Origin: an uncultured Verrucomicrobiae bacterium
GTDB taxonomy: Bacteria > Verrucomicrobiota > Verrucomicrobiia > Limisphaerales > Palsa-1400
Assembly: GCA_963707025.1 (NCBI GenBank)
Contig: CAVPOM010000004.1
Coordinates: forward strand, 672,001-736,000
DNA length: 64,000 bases
Direction of reading: 5' to 3'
Position numbers and translations under genes: made by a program. Shown piece after piece: positions 27,953-37,870 of the stretch. Below the pieces are notes generated by a model. The model was not told where the DNA came from. It saw only the letters and a list, made by a program, of their open reading frames with translations, and searched no databases. Each line of letters begins with the position of its first letter. Position 1 is the first letter of the stretch.

Positions 27953-30721
27953 TTACTGCTCCTTCGGGGAGGAGACGGTGGGGGAGGAGACGGCGGCGGC
28001 GGTCAGCGGCCTCTTGAGCAGCGCGATGTAGTCGGCCATGATGCGCCGGGTTTCCGTCAGGGCGGGATCGGTCGCGGCCGGGTCTTCCCCGGCGGCGGCG
28101 GCTTCGACGGGATCCGGGTCGTCGTCGGGGGCAGTGGTTGGCTTGGGTTTGACTTCCGGCGCATGCAACCCGGCCAGGTCCACGTTTTTGAGGGTGATCT
28201 CATAGATCTTCTCCCCGGATTTGGGCCGGGAGGCGCGTTCCTTCTTTCTGGCCTGCAGGCGGGCCGCGGTGGCGCTCTGCTCGGCCAGCCGTTCCGCCTC
28301 GTTGAGGGAAATGCTTTTGTCGGCCAGCATTTTTCGATACTCGTTAATGTCCTCCTGGAGATAGGCAAAATCTTTGTCGGTCGCGCGGCGGTTGAGGGAG
28401 CGTTTGAGCAATTCGGGCAGATAGGGCTTGACCTGATTGAAGTCGGGCAAATCATCGCTGGTGACATCATCCCACGGCAGCGGATTGGGCAGCCAACTTT
28501 CCCCGACCTCCGCGTAATTGAGGATGGAGGGCAGAACGATGTCGGAAACCACCCCGTTGCTTTGGGTGGAGGAACCGCCCGCGCGATAGAATTTCTTGAT
28601 GGTGACCTTGAGCGAACCGGGATCGTAAGCAAACGGCATGTGCGTCCTGGCCATGGCCTCGCTCATGGGTTGCACCATCTGCACGGTTCCCTTGCCGAAA
28701 GTGGCTTTGTCCCCCACGATCAAGGCGCGCCCGTAATCCTGCAACGCCCCCGCCACAATTTCCGAGGCCGACGCGCTCAAGCGGCTGGTCAGGACGATCA
28801 ACGGCCCGTCGTACAAGGCGGGTTGGTCGGGTGTGGATTCGGTTTCCGTGGTGCCGCGACGGCCGGGTCCATCCGGCGACCTGGTTTGCACCACCGGGAC
28901 CTGGCCTTTGACGAACAAGCCGGTCAGCTTGATCGCTTCCTCCAGAAAACCGCCGCCGTTGCGCCGCAAATCCAAAATGATCCCGTCCACATTCTCCTTT
29001 TTCAGCCGGTTAATGATCCGGGCCACGTCTTTGGAGGTGCTGCCGTGCTCGCGCGGCGGTTCGCCGGGCGGGTCCGGCTCGGTGTCCGCATAAAACGAAT
29101 TCAAATCAATCACGCCGACACGGGTGGGCGGGGCGCTGCTGCTGGTGGGGGTTTGGTAAAACTGGGCTTTGGCCGCCTGGTCCTCCAGTTTGATGACATC
29201 CCGCACCAGGGTGATGGTTTTTTGGCGCTCGGAGGGATCGGTCGGATGGGCTTTGACGATGGTCAGGTTCACCGCCGTGCCTTTGGGGCCGCGGATCATT
29301 TCCACCACCTTGGTCAGCGGCATGCCCGTCACCGTCACCGGCTCCTGCCCTTGTTGGGCCACGGCCACGACGGTGTCGTCGTTGGTGAGCTGGCCGGATT
29401 TTGCCGCCGGACCTCCCGCGACCAGATCTTCCACTTTGCAATCCCCGTCCTCACTCCGCAAACGGGCGCCGATGCCGGAGAGGGACAGGTGCATGTCTAT
29501 GTTGAATTTCTCCATCGAAGCGTGCCCCATGTAATCGGAGTGCGGATCGTAGGCGTGGGCCAGCGCCGTCAGGTAGTATTCCAGCACGTAATCATCGTTG
29601 GTCAGGTCGTTGTAATTCTTCAGCAATCCGGTGTAGCGCTTGGTCAGCGTCTTGACGATTTCCGCCGGGTCCTTCCGGTTCAACTCCACCACCCCCTTGA
29701 GTTTGGGCGCCGGCCCGGATTCCGCGGGGGCGGGGCTGTTGGTCTCCGCCGCCGTGTCGGCGGGATGGAGGAAAGTGATGCTGCCAAGGCGTTTGCCATC
29801 CTCGGAATAAAAGTTGTTGGTGATTCTGCGCTGAGTCTCCTTGGGCGAAATCTGCAGCCGCACGATGACGTTTGACCCGGCGGGGGTGATCGCGCCGAAT
29901 TCATGATGCTCCTGATCCAGGAATTTGCCGGGGAGCAGCCATTCCAGCGGCACGGGAAACTCAAACAGACGCCGGTCGCGGGGATCATCCGGGAACTCTC
30001 CGGGGTGAGGCGGCGGCCTCATCCCGTCGGGCAATGCCGCCGTGGTTTTGACGGACACGGAATTGGTGTACGCGGCGGGCAGCAAAATCACCACGTTGCT
30101 CTGCGCGTCAAAACTGGCCGGCCCGGAAATCGCCATGTCCCCCTCCTTGAGCTTTTCATCCAGGTACTCCAGGCGCAATTCCTGGCGCCAAAGCTGATGG
30201 GCCTCGTCCAGGTTGGTGGGATTGGGCAGGGTGTGGCGGTTGGGGATGAAACGATCGTGGTTGGTGAATTCAAAAGTCTCCGTATGCAGCAAATTGGTCA
30301 CATAAGCGGTCTGTTCGGCCGCCCGCTCCATGAAACGCGAAAATATAACCGTGGACGGGGAGAAATCATGTTCGCGCTCCGACAACACCGGCAGGTTGCT
30401 GCGGTAAACGTCGAACTGCTTGAGATCGGATTGCAAAAAGTAAATATGCCTGCCGTCAAAGATATCGAGGTAGCGGTCCAGGAATTTGCTGGACATCCCC
30501 GCGTCAAACGGATGATGCGAATAATGCCATTGCTCCAGCAATTTGGGCACCAGGGCGGTGATGTTGCCTTCGGTTAAGTCGCGGTTGGCCTCGGAGATGT
30601 CCCCGGCATTGGCGGCCGGATGGCCCGGGGCGCCCAGGGCCTGGTCTTGGGCGCGCGCCGCGGCTGGAAAAACGGCCAGAACCAGCGCCAGCCGGCAGCC
30701 ATGATAAAATGGAACTCTCAT
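27953..30721 (-). CDS. prc: Carboxy-terminal processing protease Prc/Tsp with a large insertion in the N-terminal domain
   Basis: YDPHSDY, PDZ GIGARL/IRGPKGT, LDLRRNGGG, SASASEIVAGALQDYGRA, TFGKGTVQ, STQSNGV, C-terminal DUF3340-like region. Confidence 0.92.
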   Translation of the reverse strand: MRVPFYHGCRLALVLAVFPAAARAQDQALGAPGHPAANAGDISEANRDLTEGNITALVPKLLEQWHYSHHPFDAGMSSKFLDRYLDIFDGRHIYFLQSDLKQFDVYRSNLPVLSEREHDFSPSTVIFSRFMERAAEQTAYVTNLLHTETFEFTNHDRFIPNRHTLPNPTNLDEAHQLWRQELRLEYLDEKLKEGDMAISGPASFDAQSNVVILLPAAYTNSVSVKTTAALPDGMRPPPHPGEFPDDPRDRRLFEFPVPLEWLLPGKFLDQEHHEFGAITPAGSNVIVRLQISPKETQRRITNNFYSEDGKRLGSITFLHPADTAAETNSPAPAESGPAPKLKGVVELNRKDPAEIVKTLTKRYTGLLKNYNDLTNDDYVLEYYLTALAHAYDPHSDYMGHASMEKFNIDMHLSLSGIGARLRSEDGDCKVEDLVAGGPAAKSGQLTNDDTVVAVAQQGQEPVTVTGMPLTKVVEMIRGPKGTAVNLTIVKAHPTDPSERQKTITLVRDVIKLEDQAAKAQFYQTPTSSSAPPTRVGVIDLNSFYADTEPDPPGEPPREHGSTSKDVARIINRLKKENVDGIILDLRRNGGGFLEEAIKLTGLFVKGQVPVVQTRSPDGPGRRGTTETESTPDQPALYDGPLIVLTSRLSASASEIVAGALQDYGRALIVGDKATFGKGTVQMVQPMSEAMARTHMPFAYDPGSLKVTIKKFYRAGGSSTQSNGVVSDIVLPSILNYAEVGESWLPNPLPWDDVTSDDLPDFNQVKPYLPELLKRSLNRRATDKDFAYLQEDINEYRKMLADKSISLNEAERLAEQSATAARLQARKKERASRPKSGEKIYEITLKNVDLAGLHAPEVKPKPTTAPDDDPDPVEAAAAGEDPAATDPALTETRRIMADYIALLKRPLTAAAVSSPTVSSPKEQ

Positions 30722-31013
30722 GCTAATCTTCTCATGCCCACAGCATCGCCGATTGCCCCGCGAATATCAAATGCAAAGAATCACCCATGTCGCGAAACCC
30801 CAGGATTTAACCCGCGCATTTCATTCCCCATGGGTGGAATCCCGATCCAATCGGGACCCGGCGGAATATGGCGGACAACCATTCTGTAAAAAAAACTGCG
30901 TCTCACAGCAGGTATTCGTCGCCCGCTCCGGTCGGCGGGTTGCCGACCGTCACAGGTCCCGACTGCATCGGGATGCCAACCACGGGGTGGGGAGCGGGTA
31001 TGAAAAGTCCGGG

Positions 31014-31790
31014 TCAATCCAGGCGCGCTCCACGACGGCCCGGACGCGGAGGCGAACAACGTTGCAGCGCCAACTTGCGTGCGCCAAGCCGGTGGGAAAC
31101 TGCCGCCAGACCGGCCAGACTCAGGGCCAGGAGCCACAGGGTTGTGCCGGTGTCGGGAACAGGAGAATCTCCGGTGTAAACCAATTGGTTTTGGCCTGCG
31201 TTCCCGCTGGAATCCCACAATTCCAGGATTTCCACCCCGAATTGATCGGAACTGGCGGCCGTTTCCAGGTTGGCGCCCAGCGCGCCTGCCGCCAAGTCAT
31301 AGAAAGGATTTCCCGCGCCGCCAAATGCGAAGGAACCCCCGCCACTCTGACCCCCTTGCAAATACCAAAGGGCCGACTGGAGCAGACCGGCGTTTTGCGA
31401 CCGGCTGACCGCGCCATTGTTGCCAAAATCATAACCCGCCAATTGGCCCTGCGCGAATTGGGAGTAAAGGTAGGCCGCGCCCTCCGTCAGGGACCGTCCC
31501 TGGCTGTCCACGCTGCCTGTCGTATAATTATAAGTGACGCCCCCGTAAAAATACACATCCGCTTCCACGCAAAAGGTCTGGAAACCGGTTTGGTTGCCGA
31601 CGGCAAGCTGGGTGGTGGGGGCATAGAATTGGGCAAATCCGTCCGGCGCAGTCACCGCCGTAAACTCGCCGCCATCGGCAAAATAATTAGCCCTCTGCGT
31701 CAGGACAATCGTATTGGCCATGGCGGCGGGAGCCACGGCGACCGCGCCCAGAAACACCCCCGCCAAACTAATGCTGTTAAATTTCATCAT
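31014..31790 (-). CDS. Secreted VPDSG-CTERM (PEP-CTERM-like) protein
   Basis: Signal peptide; C-terminal VPDTGTTLWLLALSLAGLAAVSHRL followed by basic residues; FQTFCVE and LQSALW motifs. Confidence 0.85.
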   Translation of the reverse strand: MMKFNSISLAGVFLGAVAVAPAAMANTIVLTQRANYFADGGEFTAVTAPDGFAQFYAPTTQLAVGNQTGFQTFCVEADVYFYGGVTYNYTTGSVDSQGRSLTEGAAYLYSQFAQGQLAGYDFGNNGAVSRSQNAGLLQSALWYLQGGQSGGGSFAFGGAGNPFYDLAAGALGANLETAASSDQFGVEILELWDSSGNAGQNQLVYTGDSPVPDTGTTLWLLALSLAGLAAVSHRLGARKLALQRCSPPRPGRRGARLD

Positions 31791-32144
31791 ATTATTATTT
31801 CCGGAAAAAAGCCCTCAACGTGTCCCATTATCATCCACGCGCTGTCTCATTGTTAAGCACCTTCCATTCCGCGCATCCTTGCGAATCGAGTCGGTCCGGC
31901 GGGCTCCAGTCTTTGGTGTGAAATCCAAGCATTATTTTCAAAGTGCTAATCTTCAATATGTTACAACAGGATTTGCATTCCAAAGGCTGGGAGAAACGAC
32001 TCATTTTATATGCAAAAATGCTCGCTGATAAACCCAACGAGTAGCGCGGACGGCGGACCGGGGAAGCTGGCGGCCGAGCGGGTCGGCAAGCCGCAAGAGT
32101 CGCAATGGCGAACGGCTTTTTAATAGATGGGGACAAGAACGGAG

Positions 32145-32319
32145 GCGTCTTGACACTGCTGCCGGCGGAGTGCGGCCGTCCCCGGCCGCAGCAAGCCAGG
32201 GATTGTTTGGGTACCCAGGAAAATCACCGCCGCGCCGTGTTTCCCACGCTGCTGCGCCCGAGGACGGGCGCACTCCTGTGGCATTCTTGCGACTGACGCC
32301 GGTAGCAGCGTCAAGATGC
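32145..32319. repeat. Nested inverted-repeat element (outer 23-bp IRs enclosing a REP doublet)
   Basis: Outer gcgtcttgacactgctgccggcg / cgccggtagcagcgtcaagatgc; inner ggagtgcggccgtccccggccgcagca / tgctgcgcccgaggacgggcgcactcc. Confidence 0.75.
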
Positions 32320-32409
32320 ACCCGACAAGAACTGACAGCAGAATATGTGCTTTGACAAGCCTGGCGGCTTGGGGCGAAGATGGCAAGGCCCGCAGTTATC
32401 ATTGAATCT

Positions 32410-34649
32410 ATGAAACGCCTGTCCGCGGTTCTTGGGCTGCTTGAATTGAACAATCTTTTCTATCCGGATTTTTGTTTGTCGGGCTTGATGATTGCCGTCA
32501 TGGTGGCGCTTTCTCCCCCGCGCGCCGCAGCTCAGGACGCCTCCCCGGCCAATCACGATTACTGGGCGGTGGAAGATCGTGGGGAGCGTGAGAAGTTGCC
32601 CCTTTACAAAATCATTCCGGCGGCGGCCACCGCGGAATTGACGCCGGCCAACGGCTATCCCAAGCGGGATACGTTTCTAACCTGGCACCGCTCGCATGGT
32701 GACAACGGCGGCCTGCGTTACTCGGCGCTGGCCCAGATCAATCGTGCCAACGTCAAGAACTTGGAAGTGGCCTGGATTTATCATTCAAAGGATGGCAGCA
32801 ACAATCTCCAATGCAATCCCATCATGGTGCGGGATACCCTGATCGCACCCACGGCCGGCCAATTCATGGTTGGCATCGCCGCGGAGAACGGCCGGGAGTT
32901 GTGGCGGTTCAAGCCGGAAGGCAGGCCGGCTTTTCGCGGGCTGATTTACTGGCCGGGCGGCAACTCTGCCAGTGAGCGCGTCCTGTTTTGCGCGGGCAAA
33001 TATCTTTACGCGCTCAATCCCAAGACCGGCACGCCGATCCCCGATTTCGGCGAGCAAGGACACGCCTTGCTGCCCGGCCGGGTGCAAGGGGATTTCGGCG
33101 CGGCCACGACCGGGCCTGCCATCTTTGAAGACACCATCGTCATTCCCGGCTTTGAGAAGGATGTGTGGGGGCTGAACGCCGGCTCCGGCCAATGGCGCTG
33201 GACTTTTCACACCGTGCCCCATCCGGGAGAGTTTGGCGCCGGGACGTGGGACCGGCCGGAAAGCTACGCCGCCAATTGTTGGAGCGGCATGGCCCTGGAT
33301 GAAGTGCGCGGCATCGCCTACATCCCCACCGCCTCGGCCAAGGAGAATTTCATCGGCGTCGGCCATCTCGGCGACAATCTTTTCGCCAACTGCCTGATCG
33401 CGCTGGATGCGCGCACCGGCCGGCGCCTCTGGCATTTTCAGGAAATCGCCCATGACATCTGGGACCAGGACATCCCCGCCCCGCCCAATCTGGCCACCAT
33501 CCGCCGCGAGGGCAAATTGGTGGACGTTGTCGCCGTGACCACCAAGATCGGCGAAACCCTCGTGCTGGATCGCGTGACCGGGAAGCTCATTTTCCCGTTT
33601 CGCCTGCGCCGCGCCCCAACCAGCGAGTTGCCGGGCGAAGTGACGGCCCCTTACCAGCCGGATCCGGAGTTGCCGGAGCGATTCTCCAAAATGGAGTTCA
33701 CGGCGGCCGATATGACCGATCGCACACCCGAAGCGGCGGAATTTGTGGCGGGCCGCTGCCAAAGCGCAACAACGGGATTTTTCCAGCCGGCCTGCTCGGT
33801 CGGCCCATTTTGTATCTCGGCATTGACGGCGGAGCCGAATGGTCCGGATCCTGCGTGGACCCGGAGACGGGCCGGCTCTACGTCAGCGCCAATCATGCCG
33901 CCTGGCTTATTTCCGTCTTTCGCGATGATGATCCGCCCGACGATCCGGCCGCGCCGCCGACCCTGGGCCAGACGGTCTATCGAGCCAACTGCGCTTCATG
34001 CCACGGCATAAACCGGCTGGGCATCGCCGTGGCTCCGCCGTTGCGCGGATTGCGGTTTCGACTGTCGGACGAGGCCCTTGTCAAACAGATTCGTCTCGGA
34101 AAAAACGGCATGCCGGGCAACACCAACTTGAGCGAGAGCGACCTCAAGGCGCTGGCCGATTATCTCCTGTTGCGCGATCGCCCCGCCCCGCCGCCCCAGC
34201 CAAAGTCCGAGCGCCCGCGTTACGGCTTCACCGGTTATCCCAGGTTTTACGATAATGAGGGCTATCCCGCCAACAAGCCGCCCTGGGGCACGCTCAATTG
34301 CCTGGACCTGAACACGGGCAAGCTGGTCTGGAAAGTCCCGCTGGGCGAATACCCGGAACTGGCGGCCCAGGGCGTTCCCAAAACCGGCACGGAAAACTAC
34401 GGCGGGCCTATTGTCACCGCCGGCGGCCTGGTGTTTTGTTCCGGCACGCGCGACGCCAAAATCCGCGCTTTCGACAAGGAGACCGGGGCGGAATTGTGGT
34501 CGGGCAAACTGCCGTGGGTGGGCAGCGCGCCCCCGGCGACCTATCAAGTCAACGGGCGCCAATATGTCGTGACCGCCGCGACCGGCAACAAGCTGGGCAA
34601 ACAAAACGAGTACGGCGACGCCTACGTCGCCTTCGCCCTGCCCAAATAA
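32410..34649 (+). CDS. PQQ-dependent dehydrogenase (glucose/quinate DH-like) with internal c-type cytochrome domain; apparent -1 frameshift near 33795
   Basis: RYSALAQINRANVKNLEVAW, ANCWSGMALD, WHFQEIAHDIWDQD, GGAEW, CASCH heme motif, PPWGTL, PATYQVNGRQYV; start uncertain. Confidence 0.85.
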
Positions 34650-34789
34650 TGCCATTTCCAGTATGCGCTTGCACTGTAGCGGCGGTCTGCGACCGCCGCC
34701 AATTGCTTTGGCAACAGTGCAGTTACCAACTGGAAGGGGTATAAATCACCGATGCTTTTCCCATCAACTCCAATCCTCTTTCTGCCGCC

Positions 34790-37348
34790 TCATTGCGAGC
34801 CGATGCGGTAGTAGCGTCCGGAACTGCCCGCCTGAAAAGGTTCGCTGAAATAATAGGAACCGTTGGTGAGCGTGAGACTTTGCAGCGGAGTCCACACGGG
34901 GCTGGCCAGATCGGTGCAGGCTTCCACCACGATGGGGATGTTTGTAGCGCCGGTGATGTTGAACCCGAATTGACCGTTCTGCACACCAATGCTGCCGTCG
35001 CCGGTTTGGATCAGCGGGTTCCACAGCACCGCCGGAAGATTGGCCAAACTGTTGCTCCAGCCGGTTGTGCCCGGCAGATAATAGATCGTCAGGTTGGCGT
35101 CGAAACGGAACGCCGAGGAATCAACGGGCAGGGCGTTGCCGTTGAAAAAAATGCTGCTCAGACTCGTGCCTGCGAACGCGTACCCTCCGATGCTGGTCAT
35201 GCTGCTGGGAATCGTGATGCTGGTCAGCAACGTGCAGTAAGCGAAGGCAAACTCCCCTATGTTTGTCACCCCGTTGCCGATTGTGGCGCTGGTCAAACTG
35301 CTGCAAAGGGAAAACGCATCGGCCCCGATGCTGCCGACGCTGCCGGGAATCGTGATGCTGGTCAGATTGGAGCAGCCTTGGAACTCGTACAACGCTCTCC
35401 CCCCGAACCCGGTGACCCCGTTGGCCATCGTGGCATTGGTCAGGCTGGCGCAGAAAGCGAAGGCATAAAACCCGAAGTTGGTGACGCCGGCCGGAATGGT
35501 GACGCTGGTCAAAGCGGCGCCGCAGAAGGCCTCCGGGCCGATGCTGGTGACGCTGCCCGGAATCGCGTAGCCTCCGCTGACGCCCCCTGGGTACTGAAGC
35601 AGCGTCGAGGCGCTCTTGTCAAACAGAACTCCATTGATGCTGCTGTAAAACTCATTCGCCGGGTCCACATTTATCGCTGTCAGGCTGGCACACCAGGCCA
35701 ACACCCCGGGAGAGGCCGTATTGAGGATGGCGCCGAAGGGGGCTCCCAGGTTGGTCACGCTGGCGGGAATCGTCACGCTGGCCAGGCGGGAGCAGCCGGC
35801 GAACGCTTCATCCCCGATGCCGGTGACACCGTTCAGGATCGTGACGTTGGTCAGCCCTAAGCAATATATGAACGAACCCTCTCCGAGGTTGGTGACAGTG
35901 CCGGGGATGGTGACGCTGGTCAGCCTGGTGCAGAATTCAAACGCTTCAGCCCCGATGCCGGTGACACCGTTCGGGATCGAGACGTTGGTCAGCCCTGTGC
36001 AATATATGAACGAACCCTCTCCTAGGTTGGTGACAGTGCCGGGGATCGTGACACTGGTCAGGCTGGCGCAGGATTCAAACGTATCCTCCCCGATGCTGAG
36101 GAGGCCGTTGGCCAGGGCGGCGTTTGTCAGGCTGACGCAATACGCGAACACGGCATCCCCGATTTGGGCGACGCTGCCGGGAATCGTGACGCTGGCCAGG
36201 TTGGAACAGCCGGCGAACGCTTCATCCCCGATGCCGGTGACACCGTTCGGGATCGAGACGTTGGTCAGCACTGTGCAATAGGTGAACGAACCCTCTCCCA
36301 GGTTGGTGACAGTGCCGGGGATGGTGACGCTGGTCAGGTTGGTGCAGAATTCAAACGCATAGTCCCCGATGCTGAGGAGGCCGTTGGCCATGGCGGCGTT
36401 TGTCAGTCTGAAGCAATACGCGAACACGGAATGGCCGAAATTGGTGACGCTGGCGGGAATCGTGACGCTGGTCAGGTTGGAGCAGCCTTCGAACGCTGCC
36501 TCCCCGAGGCTGGGGACACCGTTCTGGATCGTGACGTTGGTCAGCCCTGTGCAATAGCTGAACGAACTCTCTCCGAGATTGGTGACAGTGCTGGGGATGG
36601 TGACGCTGGTCAGGCTGGCGCAATACGCGAACACGGCTTCCCCGATATTGGTGAGGCTGTCGGGAATCGTGACGCTGGCCAGGTTGGAGCAGCCGGCGAA
36701 CGCTTCATCCCCGATGCTGGTGACACCGTTCTGGATTGTGACGTTGGTCAGCCCTGTACAATAGGTGAACGAACCGTCTCCCAGGTTGGTGACAGTGCCG
36801 GGAATCGTGACGCTGGCCAGGTTGGAGCAGCCGGCGAACGCTTCATCCCCGATGCCGGTGACACCGTTCTGGATCGTGACGTTGGTCAGCCCTGTGCAAT
36901 AGGTGAACGAACCGTCTCCCAGGTTGGTGACAGTGCCGGGGATGGTGACGCTGGCCAGGTTGGTGCAGAATTCAAACGCATCCTCCCCGATGCTGAGGAG
37001 GCCGTTGGCCATGGCGGCGTTTGTCAGGCTAACGCAATACGCGAACACGGCATCTCCAATATCAGTGACGCTGCCGGGAATGGCGATGCCAGTCAGGCTG
37101 GTGAGACCCGCAAACGCCCCGCTGCCGAGGCTGGTGACCAGCAGGCCGTTGAGGTTGGTTGGAACGGTCACAGCCCAGGGCGGCCCGGCGTAAGCCGCGA
37201 TGTTGACACTGCCGTCGGCGTTTCTGTTGTAAGTGTAGATACTGCCGTCGGCATTTGTCTTGTAACTGAATTGGGCTTGCACCGCTGCCGGCGCGGCCAA
37301 CAGGGCGGCCATTAATATAATCACGCGAGCCAAAATCATTTTTTCCAT
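34790..37348 (-). CDS. BspA-type leucine-rich repeat (LRR_5) surface protein
   Basis: Signal peptide AVQA-Q; more than 20 repeats like C-x-x-L-T-S-V-T-I-P-x-x-V-T-x-I-G-x-x-A-F; C-terminal VVEACTDLASPVWTPL...RYYRI domain. Confidence 0.92.
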   Translation of the reverse strand: MEKMILARVIILMAALLAAPAAVQAQFSYKTNADGSIYTYNRNADGSVNIAAYAGPPWAVTVPTNLNGLLVTSLGSGAFAGLTSLTGIAIPGSVTDIGDAVFAYCVSLTNAAMANGLLSIGEDAFEFCTNLASVTIPGTVTNLGDGSFTYCTGLTNVTIQNGVTGIGDEAFAGCSNLASVTIPGTVTNLGDGSFTYCTGLTNVTIQNGVTSIGDEAFAGCSNLASVTIPDSLTNIGEAVFAYCASLTSVTIPSTVTNLGESSFSYCTGLTNVTIQNGVPSLGEAAFEGCSNLTSVTIPASVTNFGHSVFAYCFRLTNAAMANGLLSIGDYAFEFCTNLTSVTIPGTVTNLGEGSFTYCTVLTNVSIPNGVTGIGDEAFAGCSNLASVTIPGSVAQIGDAVFAYCVSLTNAALANGLLSIGEDTFESCASLTSVTIPGTVTNLGEGSFIYCTGLTNVSIPNGVTGIGAEAFEFCTRLTSVTIPGTVTNLGEGSFIYCLGLTNVTILNGVTGIGDEAFAGCSRLASVTIPASVTNLGAPFGAILNTASPGVLAWCASLTAINVDPANEFYSSINGVLFDKSASTLLQYPGGVSGGYAIPGSVTSIGPEAFCGAALTSVTIPAGVTNFGFYAFAFCASLTNATMANGVTGFGGRALYEFQGCSNLTSITIPGSVGSIGADAFSLCSSLTSATIGNGVTNIGEFAFAYCTLLTSITIPSSMTSIGGYAFAGTSLSSIFFNGNALPVDSSAFRFDANLTIYYLPGTTGWSNSLANLPAVLWNPLIQTGDGSIGVQNGQFGFNITGATNIPIVVEACTDLASPVWTPLQSLTLTNGSYYFSEPFQAGSSGRYYRIGSQ

Positions 37349-37870
37349 ATCAACGCACTCCTTTGAAATCGCTGGGCGACCGTACCGGCGAACCTACCCC
37401 GGTTGATGGCGAAAAGCAATCGAGATGTTGTGTCAATTAAGACCCGTTTACCGGCCTTTTTGTGGCGCGGGTATCTCCTGGCATAACCCGAAGTTTTCAT
37501 GGCCACGGCTGCTTTGCGCGGCGCCGCGCCGGGCGCAGGCGTCCCATCCGCACTTTGTCAATCCGGCAGGCTTGAGGGCGGAGTCCTGACCCAACCTCTT
37601 CCCATAACCAATCACAGATCTTCAATGGCCAATTCTCAATCGAGATTTCCCAAATCATAAAGTCTTTGCCTGGCCGGCAGGACTTGCCCCAAAAAGTGAA
37701 ATTCACGCGCAGTCTGGAGGGCCTGCTTGACTTGGTTGCGGCGCGGCCTAGCATTTCGGCCATGAACCCCGGCAGCAGGTCGCCCATCACCGCGTTGAGC
37801 TTTGGCCAGGCCGCGCCGCTGGCCGGGTCCTTTTCCATGGCGACATCGCCAATTGAGGAGAGCAACTAAT

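Noticed and set aside
29680..30140. Intein in prc
   Set aside because: No Cys/Ser start block and no His-Asn followed by Cys/Ser/Thr at the end of the insertion
31791..32140. Riboswitch or tRNA in the long intergenic region
   Set aside because: No recognisable conserved aptamer or cloverleaf motifs; an Rfam/tRNAscan run would be needed to exclude them fully
35760..37080. Possible CRISPR array or DGR template/variable repeats
   Set aside because: The repeats are in-frame LRR coding units without unique spacers; no cas or reverse transcriptase gene is present
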